From: an uncultured Candidatus Saccharibacteria bacterium
GTDB lineage: Bacteria; Patescibacteriota; Minisyncoccia; Phycocordibacterales; UBA9973
Direction of reading: 5' to 3'
Length of the DNA stretch: 64,000 nt
NCBI GenBank assembly: GCA_964563615.1
Contig: CAZLWF010000003.1
Span: 3,237 to 67,236 of the forward strand
Shown: positions 29,363-39,114 of the stretch, in pieces
Layout: every line of letters begins with the position of its first letter
How positions within the stretch are numbered: position 1 is the first letter of the stretch
Notes under the pieces: model-generated
The model's input: only the letters and a program-made list of their open reading frames with translations
Database searches by the model: none
Told to the model about the DNA's origin: nothing
Program-made: the position numbers and the translations under genes

Positions 29363-29851
29363 CTATAGTTTTTTAGTAATACTTGATTCTTTTAGGGTTT
29401 TTTTCAACATATCGATTTGGTGCATTCCTACTTTTTGATCAATTGATGTTGCTTCATGCATGCCATGGGTAGTTTGCTTATATTCGTCTAAAATATTTAT
29501 TGCATTCTCATGATTTTCTTCCTTAGTAAGTTCAAAGGCTTTTGCAAGACTAGGTTTGATATTCTTGAGCACTTGCTCTTCAATGGCAAATGCTACTGCG
29601 CCTGCTTTTTCACCAGTAATTTGTGTCCGTGTCATGATTTGGTAGGTAAATTTACTTGGATCAGCAAGACCAAGAAGGACCAAAATAGTTTCTTGCAGTG
29701 TCAAACTTGATTCTGTTTCTTTTAGTTCATATTTCTTCATTATAGTTGCCACTTGATCTTGCCAATTCGAATTTGCTAAGAATATTTGAATTTCTTTGGG
29801 AAGTTTTGTCCATCTGTCTGCAACTATTTTTTTAATTTTTTCTTCGTTCAT
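29363..29851 (-). CDS. hypothetical protein (162 aa)
   Basis: ORF packed between operon neighbours (gaps of 5 and 25 nt). No recognisable motif. Confidence 0.65.
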   Translation of the reverse strand: MNEEKIKKIVADRWTKLPKEIQIFLANSNWQDQVATIMKKYELKETESSLTLQETILVLLGLADPSKFTYQIMTRTQITGEKAGAVAFAIEEQVLKNIKPSLAKAFELTKEENHENAINILDEYKQTTHGMHEATSIDQKVGMHQIDMLKKTLKESSITKKL

Positions 29852-29876
29852 AATACTACTTCTATATTAGCTTAAA

Positions 29877-32800
29877 CTAAGGGGTTCCTGGTGGTGGATT
29901 AGCCGGAGGATTGTTCGGTGGTGGAGTATTGCCAGATGGAGGAGGGTTATTAGGTGGGTTTGGTGGAGGTGGAGGCGGTGTGTTATTTGGTGGAGGTGGT
30001 GTCACGATGGGAGGAGTTCCTGGTGGTATATTTGGCGGAATGGTGGTGGTACCGCCTTGTTGCGGACTAGCTGTTCCCCCGCCTCCACTATTTGCTAGGC
30101 CCTGAATGGCTGCTAGAATAGCCTGGTTTGTAGCTACGATCTGTTGGTTAGAGTTTAATGTTGCCTGGTTGACTTGTTGTTGATTCGTTGGGTCAGTTGT
30201 AGCAGGGCCACGAATATCATTTGCTGTTCTTTCGTTGTAAATATCAACCGGTCCTCTTTGGATGGCACTAATATCGGTTTGTGCTTGGCCAATAGTTGTA
30301 AGTGTAGCATTAACTGCATTTTGAGCTTGAGTAACTACTTGAGTTTGATTTTGTACGGCAGGGTCATTTGCAGGAAGAGTTCGTCTTAATGTAGTCAGTC
30401 TAGCTTGTTCTGCCTGGAGTGCGGCATTTTGTCCAGCTAATGCTTGCTGTGCAGTGGTTAATTGTTGATTGAGTACTCCAAGTTGTGGTGCTTGAGTTGC
30501 TCGGTTTGCAGCTGCACCTAGGCGATTGATAATGTAGTCAAGTCCAGCTCCTTGTTCGGTAACATTTGCTGCGCCTTGTCGGCGTTGGTTATTTCTTGCA
30601 GTAATTGCAGCGGTTGCAGTTGCTGATGCTTGTCTTGCTCCATCAATTTGTGTTTGACTGACTCTGTTTCCTGTTCTTGGGTCAACATTTCCCACGCCAA
30701 TTCCTCCAAGTCTACGTTCTTCGTTTTGTAATTGTGTAGCACGAGCTTGCTCTCTTGGTCCTGCTCTAAGTGAGTCAGCGTATGCTTTATCTTTTGCAGC
30801 TTGAGCTGATTTGTCTTTAATAAATCCACCAGATTTGACAGCTCCAACTTTCCAACCAGTTTCAGAAGCAAAACTTTTACCCGCAACAGATATGTTCCGA
30901 GCATCATAGGAAGCATTACTTGCTGCAACGCTCGTGTTAAGTGCTCTCCTTGCCAAGAATCCCCGAACCCCAGTTTCAGAAGCTGCATCTTTAAGTGCTC
31001 CACTTTCAGCAAGTCGTGCTGCTCCCGCTCCAATTACTCTGCGACCTGCATATGCTACCCCGCCTGTTGCAACACCAACTGCGGCTCCGCCAACTTTGTT
31101 CATAACAGATAATGATGCGGCGCCAATATCACCGGATAGCTTTACAGCCATATCAACCGCTGTTTTTATCAAGAAATATATAATCGCAAACGGTATGATG
31201 AGGCCGATAAGCCCTTGGATGTTACTCTCGAGGCTACCGCCAGTTGGACTGTTACTTGCTGCGATTGGTAATAGCTTAAGATCAGTCGCCATAATAATGA
31301 TGTAGAGGAAAAAGAGGAATACTGGCGCCATGAATGCTTGCGCTACTAGCTCGCTCCACCAATTAGTCCAGCCAATTTTCATCCAGCTTTTCATCGACGG
31401 TACAATCCATGATACGAAGGCAAAAGGTGAAAGTATCATCGATACCATCAGTCCTATGACGCGGCCGAGAAACAGTACAGCAACCTTGAGAAACATGAGG
31501 AACATGAATATATTGATTGCAATAGCAATGAGGAGCACAAAGAAGAACCAGCCAGTATTTTCATTGGCATCAATGTCACTCGTCTTGAATATTTTTTGTG
31601 GATTGAATTTAGAAACAAGTCCAAGGGTGATGCTCTTCTCACCGCTAGTTGACGCAGAGCTTTGCCCTGTCACACTTACTGAGTCATACATGATCCGAGC
31701 AAGGATGTTTGAGGTGTCGATAATGATTTTAGTAAAAAAGAGACTGAAGTTGATAAGGAGTGCCACGACGACAAGCGAGGCAATCATTTTTTTGGCATCG
31801 ACGCCATTGAGTCTCAAAATAGTACCGATAGCGATATACAGGAGTACGAATATGAAAAGAATATTTGAAATATCACGAACGATGCGCCAGCCTTGGGGCA
31901 CAAATTCTGTTGCAGTGTAGCTTGAGCTTTGCAAAGAAAAGTGTAAGAACCAATCGAGGAACCCAGCAGCAAGTCTCGCAAGTGCAGCAGTTGGAATGTA
32001 TAAGACGTAATATACAAGCTGAGTAAAACAACCGAGCATGTTGATTGCTGCCCTACCAGATGTCAGACTGAAATCTAAACAATATGGCAAGTTGCCAGGA
32101 TTGCCTGTATCTGTTGAGCCTTCGACAGTATTTTGACCTGCTGTTGGATTTGTCGTTACCTCAGGAGAGCCAGCTGGTAATGTTTTAAAGGATGCAATTT
32201 TCTCTTCGTCGTCACTAAGTGCGCTTAGAGTGTCATTGCTGAGTTCGCCCACACAATTACGAATTAGTGGGATAACCGAACAAGTTTCTTCGAGTCTCCC
32301 TTGGCTCACATATGGAGTATTTGGCTTTAAACCTGTAACAGTAATATTGATTGTTTGGGTACCAAGAAAAAGGTCTGGAATAACAACAATGCTCTGTCCA
32401 GTATTTTGATCGAAGGCAATTCCTGGAATAGGTTTGCCTGCGCGATCTAAAATTTTGCCGTTGATGACTTCTTCATCAGAAGGTGTTGTTGCTTCCTTTT
32501 TAGCTATGGTGCTCAAGTTGTCGGTACTTGTAGCGATATCTAAATAGACGCCGCAGCCATACCCATTACATTCGAGTGGATCATAGGATCCTAGTGCCCC
32601 ACCATTGCCTGGGATTTCTTCATTGCCTTGAGACGAATTGGATTGTCCAGAAAGTACTTCGTAAATAGGATTGCCGTCTTGCCCTTCGATGTATGTCCAC
32701 CCAGTAATTCCATTGGTGCTTCCGTTAGGAGCAATTCTTCCTTTATAAATATCATGACCAATATTGCCATCATTACCGCCATTAACTTGTAAATGGAATT

Positions 32801-32957
32801 GAAGTACTGCAGTTGTTGCTCCGATACTTATGACCTTAACCTCAGGTATATTAAAATTATCATCCAAATAAGCTTCAGCTTTGTGCGAGGTAAAAATCGG
32901 CAAAAAGCTTCCTGACAGGATAGTGATGAAGAGCACATAGAGCAGGAATTTTTTCAT
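29877..32957 (-). CDS. VirB6/TrbL-like polytopic membrane protein with a large N-terminal exodomain and a Gln/Ala-rich + polyproline C-terminal tail
   Basis: 1026 aa. Signal peptide, ~300-aa extracytoplasmic region, at least 6 hydrophobic helices (residues ~320-620), then repetitive Q/A/N-rich sequence ending TPPIVTPPPPNNTPPPPPPNPPNNPPPSGNTPPPNNPPANPPPGTP. Confidence 0.7.
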   Translation of the reverse strand: MKKFLLYVLFITILSGSFLPIFTSHKAEAYLDDNFNIPEVKVISIGATTAVLQFHLQVNGGNDGNIGHDIYKGRIAPNGSTNGITGWTYIEGQDGNPIYEVLSGQSNSSQGNEEIPGNGGALGSYDPLECNGYGCGVYLDIATSTDNLSTIAKKEATTPSDEEVINGKILDRAGKPIPGIAFDQNTGQSIVVIPDLFLGTQTINITVTGLKPNTPYVSQGRLEETCSVIPLIRNCVGELSNDTLSALSDDEEKIASFKTLPAGSPEVTTNPTAGQNTVEGSTDTGNPGNLPYCLDFSLTSGRAAINMLGCFTQLVYYVLYIPTAALARLAAGFLDWFLHFSLQSSSYTATEFVPQGWRIVRDISNILFIFVLLYIAIGTILRLNGVDAKKMIASLVVVALLINFSLFFTKIIIDTSNILARIMYDSVSVTGQSSASTSGEKSITLGLVSKFNPQKIFKTSDIDANENTGWFFFVLLIAIAINIFMFLMFLKVAVLFLGRVIGLMVSMILSPFAFVSWIVPSMKSWMKIGWTNWWSELVAQAFMAPVFLFFLYIIIMATDLKLLPIAASNSPTGGSLESNIQGLIGLIIPFAIIYFLIKTAVDMAVKLSGDIGAASLSVMNKVGGAAVGVATGGVAYAGRRVIGAGAARLAESGALKDAASETGVRGFLARRALNTSVAASNASYDARNISVAGKSFASETGWKVGAVKSGGFIKDKSAQAAKDKAYADSLRAGPREQARATQLQNEERRLGGIGVGNVDPRTGNRVSQTQIDGARQASATATAAITARNNQRRQGAANVTEQGAGLDYIINRLGAAANRATQAPQLGVLNQQLTTAQQALAGQNAALQAEQARLTTLRRTLPANDPAVQNQTQVVTQAQNAVNATLTTIGQAQTDISAIQRGPVDIYNERTANDIRGPATTDPTNQQQVNQATLNSNQQIVATNQAILAAIQGLANSGGGGTASPQQGGTTTIPPNIPPGTPPIVTPPPPNNTPPPPPPNPPNNPPPSGNTPPPNNPPANPPPGTP

Positions 32958-33092
32958 TACGTAGGATGAATAAGAAAGCTATAATCTGCCTTACTATTTT
33001 ATCACTAGAGCCTTTGTTTAGATAGCAAAAAACTGTTAATTAAAACAAAATACACTTCGCTAAATTAGGAAGTGCATTTGTAAGAAGATTAT

Positions 33093-35345
33093 TTAGTAAT
33101 TTTGTGGAAGATAATCACTGATTGAGCTGTGGTAGAATTTGTTACATTCCATTTTAAACGGCTCATTATTGTACCCTTTTGTATAGGTATATCCACCTCC
33201 TTCACCTGCATGATAGACAAATGGTATCTCTGAGAAAATCCATTGCCAGCCTGGTTCAGCGAGTGGATCGGCGTCATGATTTGCATCAGTTCCACAAAAT
33301 AGTAACTGTGCAGCATCTTTACCGACTGCTTCTTTTACAATAGGGTTCGTGCTATTTTTTTCGACCATGCAAGCCTGCTGGAGAGATGGTTCACTAATGG
33401 TAGTTCCGGGCGTATAGTGCGCAGGGTCAGATGAGCATTTTTTGTATAATGCATTAACATCTTCGCCATTTACTTTAAATGCGTAGGCTAGATCAGCAAC
33501 ATAGCCGTTACATTCATTTTGGGCATCGCTAATCGTATCACTGCGGCTAATTTTATCTTTTAAAACTACGTATTGTCCTGCGAGTTGGTTTTTGTATTGG
33601 GCAACACTTGCAGAATCAGGGCTGCCATCAGAAGGCTTTGGATGTGCAGCTATGCCCGCAACGATACTCTTTAATAATGCAAGAGATCGTACTTTATCAG
33701 AAATTTTATTCTGTAGATTACTTTGGTCTTGGTTGTACTCTTCTACTTTTTTAACTTGATCAACAATTGCTGCTGCAGAAGTAATATTCTTGATAAGGAT
33801 ATTAGTCTGGAAATTAGCGAGAATATATGACATTGCATTATTCAAATATTTTAGTTGATCCTGGGCTTGTTCCCCATTATTTGTATTATTATCTGATTTT
33901 GATTCCAGCTTCCGTGATTCAGTGGTAAATTCTGATTGCATTCTCGATGCGTATTTATAATCTGGGCCCGGCAAACATTGGTCAAGCTGCATTGTTCTAA
34001 TTGGAAATGTTTTTAATAGATCGCGACTTGCTGTTAGAATCGTAAGCTCTGTTTGAGTTTTATTGATTGCATCAAGTAATTCCGATGATGGTGTTCCAGG
34101 AGCTGTCCCTTCGAGAGGTACTGCATCAGCAACATTCCAGCTGAACGTCCCACTTGTATCTGACACAAATGCACTGTTATCTCCAGGTCCTTCGACGGTT
34201 TCATCGCCACTGCCAGTTGCAATGCTACCAATCAGTTGGCTCAAGCCTTTACTGATAAGTCCTGCAGCTAAATTTGAGACAGCGTCAACAACAGGGCTAC
34301 CACTTGCAGAATCAAGGAGGGCTTTCTCAAGTGGCGCAGTGACAGATTGGTTGAGCTGGTCAGCAACAAGTTTGCCTGGAGTTACAGTTTCATACCTTGA
34401 GCAGTCATCACTAGCGTCAAATTGGATACTACTTCCAAGGCTTAGGCTTAAGCTATTTAGATAATCATTTGCATTTGTGCCACTACTTACGCATTCGCTG
34501 GTTGCGTTTGGATTGCTTGTAGAATCAGATTGGCATTCGGTTTTCGTAGTAAATGGGCCGACAGTGTATGGTTGTAGATTGTCGTTCACTGCTGTGTATG
34601 TCCAATCTGTTGCTGTAATTGCACTTTGACCACTTGAGCCATTTTTGTACTCAACACATTTTTTTGCTGAGAGGAATCCTCCGCTTTGATTGAGTTCGTT
34701 TTGGATTGTGCCCTGTGCCTCTTTTGCCCGATTCTCTAATTCTTCAGCGGTTCGTAGATATGAACCAACAGGGTTGTTCGCGTCATTTTGAGTAAATGCC
34801 ATCCAACCATCCCATCCTCCTACAGCAAAATCGCCGTCAGTAAAGTCTTGCCAATTGGGGCCAATTACTTTGTCTAAAGTGAATTTTGATTTATCTGCGA
34901 ACACACTTGAATTGGTTGCTAAATACGAGGTAATGAGGTTTTTGGCAACCCCCTGGGAATACGGAAACTTGGTTATATCACCAGTGATTTCATTAACGAA
35001 TGATTCAACTTTCTGATCAGCAATGCTTTTAAAAAAGCTTGATTGGTCACGGACAAAAAAAGGATTGCCGTTAAATCCAGTTGACCCCCAGTTGATGATT
35101 TGCTGGGTCATATTGAGTGCAACCTGGGAACTTATACGCTTGAGAGATTTTTGGAGCAAAGTACCAGCTAAAGTTTTGCCGGCACTCGCAGCTGATTGGG
35201 ATCCAAAAATAGTCTGTATAATTTGTTGGGGCAAATTCGGCAAATCTACAACTGGTAGTCCTGCGTGTGCTTGATTAATCTGTACTGTCAGCAATAAGAA
35301 AAGACTAAGAAAAGAAATAATACTATACTGATAGCGCTTTTTCAT
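33093..35345 (-). CDS. large secreted hypothetical protein (750 aa)
   Basis: Signal peptide MKKRYQYSIISFLSLFLLLTVQINQAHA. No recognisable catalytic motif. Confidence 0.75.
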   Translation of the reverse strand: MKKRYQYSIISFLSLFLLLTVQINQAHAGLPVVDLPNLPQQIIQTIFGSQSAASAGKTLAGTLLQKSLKRISSQVALNMTQQIINWGSTGFNGNPFFVRDQSSFFKSIADQKVESFVNEITGDITKFPYSQGVAKNLITSYLATNSSVFADKSKFTLDKVIGPNWQDFTDGDFAVGGWDGWMAFTQNDANNPVGSYLRTAEELENRAKEAQGTIQNELNQSGGFLSAKKCVEYKNGSSGQSAITATDWTYTAVNDNLQPYTVGPFTTKTECQSDSTSNPNATSECVSSGTNANDYLNSLSLSLGSSIQFDASDDCSRYETVTPGKLVADQLNQSVTAPLEKALLDSASGSPVVDAVSNLAAGLISKGLSQLIGSIATGSGDETVEGPGDNSAFVSDTSGTFSWNVADAVPLEGTAPGTPSSELLDAINKTQTELTILTASRDLLKTFPIRTMQLDQCLPGPDYKYASRMQSEFTTESRKLESKSDNNTNNGEQAQDQLKYLNNAMSYILANFQTNILIKNITSAAAIVDQVKKVEEYNQDQSNLQNKISDKVRSLALLKSIVAGIAAHPKPSDGSPDSASVAQYKNQLAGQYVVLKDKISRSDTISDAQNECNGYVADLAYAFKVNGEDVNALYKKCSSDPAHYTPGTTISEPSLQQACMVEKNSTNPIVKEAVGKDAAQLLFCGTDANHDADPLAEPGWQWIFSEIPFVYHAGEGGGYTYTKGYNNEPFKMECNKFYHSSISDYLPQNY

Positions 35346-35369
35346 GTTGTTTTTAGTATAGCACCCGCT

Positions 35370-36314
35370 TTATTGTGAACCAAAGCCTCCTGCAATATAG
35401 ATATCATTTTGAAGTATATTTAAATTTGTCTCGAGTGAAGTCAAAATATCATTTGACTGGTAAATACTAGCAAGCGCTGGGATTGGATCAATGGGATATT
35501 TAGCAATATCAGCAAACATATCAGCTGTTCTGTTGATGCTATTAATGAGAGCAAGATGTGTTGATGCCTCGCTTTCAGGTACAGGTAAAGCGAGAAGTGT
35601 CGTAACTAATGCATGATACTTGTCAGCGATTTTTTGTATATTTGCATCAGGTGTCGTTAAGTCCGGAGTAACAACAATGCTGCCAAGGGTAATAAAATCT
35701 TCTTGTTTAATTGGGTATTTGAGTAATGCATTACCAAAACCTGTAATATATGCCGATGAGTTAGTGCTCGTATTGGCATTACTTTTAATATCACTAATTG
35801 TGTAAGTTTTGCCTGGAGGTTTAGTTTTTATAAACGTGATTATTTCAGCAGTAATACTTGCTGATGATTCATCAGTTAGTTTTCCATTTTCTTGTAATGC
35901 TGCAATCGTTGAGAAAAGCTCTCTGGTAAATGTATCTGTTTGGCTTAAAATTTCAGGGGCCAGTTCATTTGGTGTTGCTGTTGATGCATTGATCGATGTG
36001 CGTAGACTGGCAACTTCTTCACCATCGCTTATTCCATTGCCATTTGTGTCTGGGTTTTTCGGGTCCATATCCCATAGTGGCTCTTCCCAATCTGCTAATC
36101 CATCGTTGTCTGTATCTGTTTCGACAAGCGTACCTAATGCGACAGTAGGTCCTGCGGGAATACGAGTATCTTTGATCTCATTTGTTTTGTTAAAAACAAT
36201 GCGAGTACGTATATATGATATGCAAACACCGACAATGATAACAATGCCGATAATCAAAAGCACGCGAAGCATCTTTTTGCTAGGTAAATATGAGATGACT
36301 TTAGGTGGTTCCAC
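35370..36314 (-). CDS. membrane-anchored protein with thrombospondin-type-3-like Asp-rich repeats (first gene of T4SS-like operon)
   Basis: 314 aa. TM VLLIIGIVIIVGVCISYI. ETDTDNDGLADWEEPLWDMDPKNPDTNGNGISDGEE. Confidence 0.7.
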   Translation of the reverse strand: MEPPKVISYLPSKKMLRVLLIIGIVIIVGVCISYIRTRIVFNKTNEIKDTRIPAGPTVALGTLVETDTDNDGLADWEEPLWDMDPKNPDTNGNGISDGEEVASLRTSINASTATPNELAPEILSQTDTFTRELFSTIAALQENGKLTDESSASITAEIITFIKTKPPGKTYTISDIKSNANTSTNSSAYITGFGNALLKYPIKQEDFITLGSIVVTPDLTTPDANIQKIADKYHALVTTLLALPVPESEASTHLALINSINRTADMFADIAKYPIDPIPALASIYQSNDILTSLETNLNILQNDIYIAGGFGSQ

Positions 36315-36347
36315 AGAGTACAGTATACACGTTTTAGATTTCTTTTT

Positions 36348-37154
36348 CTAAAGAGTTTTGCAGTAGCTTTTTGCAATACGAAACCAGGTTTCTAAATCTA
36401 TGTCCTCTGCACGTATTTGTTCTGATAAAGTTTCTGCTTGCCAAATATGGGTCAGTGCATCATATGGCATAGGTAATGATGTGAGATTTCTGATGAGTAC
36501 TTTGCGTTTATGAGCAAACCCTGTGCGAAGGACATTGAAAAAATGTTTTTCTGATACAGCATACTTTGTAAAAAGGGTTTTAGATATTTTTTCAATGGAA
36601 AGTATGGCTGAGTCGACGCGAGGTGGAGGCGTAAAACTGCCGCGCCCTACCTTGGCTATGATCTTTGGATTGCCGTAGGCCTTCACTGCGATTGAGAGTA
36701 TGCTTTCTTTGTTGTCTTTAGCAATAATTCTCTCGGCGACTTCTTTTTGCACCAAGAGAACCATCTGTTCTGGTATACAAGAAGCACTCAAGATATGTTT
36801 TACTATTGCGCCAGTGATATTGTATGGAATATTAGCAATGACTTTGTAAGTAAGATCATGATAAAAGGCAAATACACCTGGATCAAAATCGAGAATATCT
36901 TTTTCAATAAGCTCAAGCTTACCGCTCGCAATTTCTTTTGCAAATGTAGTCGAAAGTTCTTTGACTAATGCACGATCTTTTTCGATTGCGACCACTTTGC
37001 CAGCAAAGAAAAGTAATTTTTTGGTAAGTACACCGTGCCCGGGTCCAATTTCAAGAATAATATCAGTCGGCTGTATATCCCCACTTTCTATGATAGTGTC
37101 GAGTGCATGTTGGTTATGGAGAAAGTGTTGTCCTAAAGATTTTTTGGCAAGCAT
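36348..37154 (-). CDS. rsmA: 16S rRNA (adenine1518/1519-N6)-dimethyltransferase
   Basis: MLAKKSLGQHFLHNQHALDTII, SAM motif ILEIGPGHGVLT, NIPYNIT. The start is set at 37154, because the track ORF extension to 37460 overlaps pcrA. Confidence 0.9.
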   Translation of the reverse strand: MLAKKSLGQHFLHNQHALDTIIESGDIQPTDIILEIGPGHGVLTKKLLFFAGKVVAIEKDRALVKELSTTFAKEIASGKLELIEKDILDFDPGVFAFYHDLTYKVIANIPYNITGAIVKHILSASCIPEQMVLLVQKEVAERIIAKDNKESILSIAVKAYGNPKIIAKVGRGSFTPPPRVDSAILSIEKISKTLFTKYAVSEKHFFNVLRTGFAHKRKVLIRNLTSLPMPYDALTHIWQAETLSEQIRAEDIDLETWFRIAKSYCKTL

Positions 37155-37155
37155 G

Positions 37156-39066
37156 TTATTCAAAGTATAATATTTTTTCACTGTGACCTCTCGGTTGGTA
37201 AAGTTCCTGCTCAACAAGCTCTGGTGGAATGTCATAAATAAATTCTGAAGGTATATTGATTTGGCGCATGCCAAATATAGTTCTCGTTTCTGCATAGGAG
37301 AGATAAAGAAATTCCTTAGCTCGGGTGACAGCGACATAAAACAATCTGCGCTCTTCTTCGGCATCTTCGATTGTCTTACTATCGAGTCTGGCATGAGGGA
37401 AAAGATCTTGCTCCAGGCCAACAATAAAGACAACTTTAAATTCCAGACCCTTCGCCGCATGAACAGTCATGAGTCTAACTCCGCCCCTGTCTTCTTCTAG
37501 ATTATCTTGATCGCTCGCGAGTGCCGCATCAGTTAAAAGCTTATCCATGCCTTCATCAATCCCCCACGCGTCATATTTGGTCGCAAGTGTTACGAGTTCC
37601 TCTAAGTTCATGAGTCGGTCTTCATCATCTGCACCTCCAGCTCGTAATGTCTCATCGATCTTGGCTTCATGAAGAATATATTTAAATACTTCTGATGGCA
37701 GCATAGTTTTTTTACATTCGTTGATACGATCGAGTAGTTCATAGAATGCATTGATTTTTACTTGCATAGGCTTTGGCAATGCTTCTAGCTCTCCAGCAAA
37801 TAATTTTACCAATGTCACTTTGCCAATGCCACGTGTTGGGAAATTGATGATGCGTTTGATGTCAGATAGCGAATTGCGATTGTGTGCTGCTCTCACATAA
37901 GCGAGCATGTCTTTGATTTCTTTACGCTCAAAGAATTTCGTTCCAACAACTTGATATGGAATATTGGCACCAAGCATGGCTTCCTCGAGTACGCGTGATT
38001 GGAAGTTGGCTCGATATAAAACGGCAATATCCTTTGGAGCTGTTCCCTCTCGAATAAAGTTGTCTGCTGTATCAGCGACGAACCCAGCTTCATCATTCTC
38101 GCCAAAGGCAGTGTAGAGCTTGATACTATCGCCGTCTTTACCGGTATGGAGGAGAAGTTTTGGTATTCGTACGGTATTTTTTTTGATAATAGCGTTGGCC
38201 GCATCGAGGATAACTTTTGTCGATCGGTAATTATGTTCAAGAAAGACAATCTTGGCTTCTGGATAGTCCTTTTCAAATCGGAGCATATTTTTCATATTGG
38301 CACCCCGCCAGCTATAAATGTTTTGGTCCATATCACCCACGACGCAGATATGATGGTCACTGCCGACCAATAGCTTAGCGAGCTCATATTGCACGGTATT
38401 GGTGTCTTGGTATTCGTCGATATGGATGTAGCGCCAGCGCGACTGATATTCATCACGTATGGTTTGGTTGCGAAGTGCGATAAGTGCATAGAGCAAGAGA
38501 TCATCGAAATCAACCGAACCCTCCTTCTTTTTCTTCTCTTCATATTTCTGCCAAACGCTGTTAATAAGCTCCTCACTATAGTTTGAAGCTTTAGTGGCAA
38601 ATTGTTCTTGGGTCTCGCCTTCACCCTTGGCCTTTGATATAACATATCGGAATTTGCGAGGTTCTTGGGCTTTAGGATCAAGGCCGAGCTCTTTGATGGA
38701 TTCTTTGATGAGGGATATCGTATCTCCGTCATCTAAAATAGTAAAATACCTTGTTAGATTAAAAAGTTTGGCATGTTCGCGCAGGATAGTCGCTGCCAAT
38801 GCATGAAATGTTGCCACAAATGGCACTTCAGTTATACCTTTTGGCAGTACACTTATCACACGTTCACGCATTTCTTTGGCTGCTTTGTTCGTGAAAGTAA
38901 TAGCAAGAATCTGATTCGGAAGTACACCTTCCTTGATAAGGTGTACAATGCGGTGTGTAATTGTTTTTGTTTTACCTGCACCAGCACCGGCCACAATGAG
39001 AAGTGGTCCATGTATAGAAAGTGCGGCTTCTTTTTGCTTTTCATTGAGTCCATCGAGATATTCCAT
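37156..39066 (-). CDS. pcrA: UvrD/PcrA-family ATP-dependent DNA helicase
   Basis: LNEKQKEAALSIHGPLLIVAGAGAGKTKTITHRI, IHIDEYQDTN, YRS, VHAAKGLEF, RRLFYVAVTRAK. The start is set at MEYLDGLN, because the upstream extension overlaps repeat copy C. Confidence 0.9.
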   Translation of the reverse strand: MEYLDGLNEKQKEAALSIHGPLLIVAGAGAGKTKTITHRIVHLIKEGVLPNQILAITFTNKAAKEMRERVISVLPKGITEVPFVATFHALAATILREHAKLFNLTRYFTILDDGDTISLIKESIKELGLDPKAQEPRKFRYVISKAKGEGETQEQFATKASNYSEELINSVWQKYEEKKKKEGSVDFDDLLLYALIALRNQTIRDEYQSRWRYIHIDEYQDTNTVQYELAKLLVGSDHHICVVGDMDQNIYSWRGANMKNMLRFEKDYPEAKIVFLEHNYRSTKVILDAANAIIKKNTVRIPKLLLHTGKDGDSIKLYTAFGENDEAGFVADTADNFIREGTAPKDIAVLYRANFQSRVLEEAMLGANIPYQVVGTKFFERKEIKDMLAYVRAAHNRNSLSDIKRIINFPTRGIGKVTLVKLFAGELEALPKPMQVKINAFYELLDRINECKKTMLPSEVFKYILHEAKIDETLRAGGADDEDRLMNLEELVTLATKYDAWGIDEGMDKLLTDAALASDQDNLEEDRGGVRLMTVHAAKGLEFKVVFIVGLEQDLFPHARLDSKTIEDAEEERRLFYVAVTRAKEFLYLSYAETRTIFGMRQINIPSEFIYDIPPELVEQELYQPRGHSEKILYFE

Positions 39067-39114
39067 CTGATTACTATAGCATGACGTAGAATTCCTCTTT
39101 CCTTTGTGTTTTTT

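Noticed and set aside
21668-36314. Integrative conjugative element or prophage
   Set aside because: The block and its flanks contain no integrase, relaxase, coupling protein, replication, capsid or terminase genes, and I could see no flanking direct repeats. The only recombinase (57773..58693) is 21 kb away and looks like a housekeeping XerC/D.
37155-37460. N-terminal extensions of rsmA (to 37460), pcrA (to 39159), rnpA (from 19594), ruvC (from 11696) and the PrgI-like gene (to 28531) given in the ORF track
   Set aside because: The extensions overlap the preceding gene or a repeat element and precede the conserved family N-termini. Internal ATGs give canonical protein starts.
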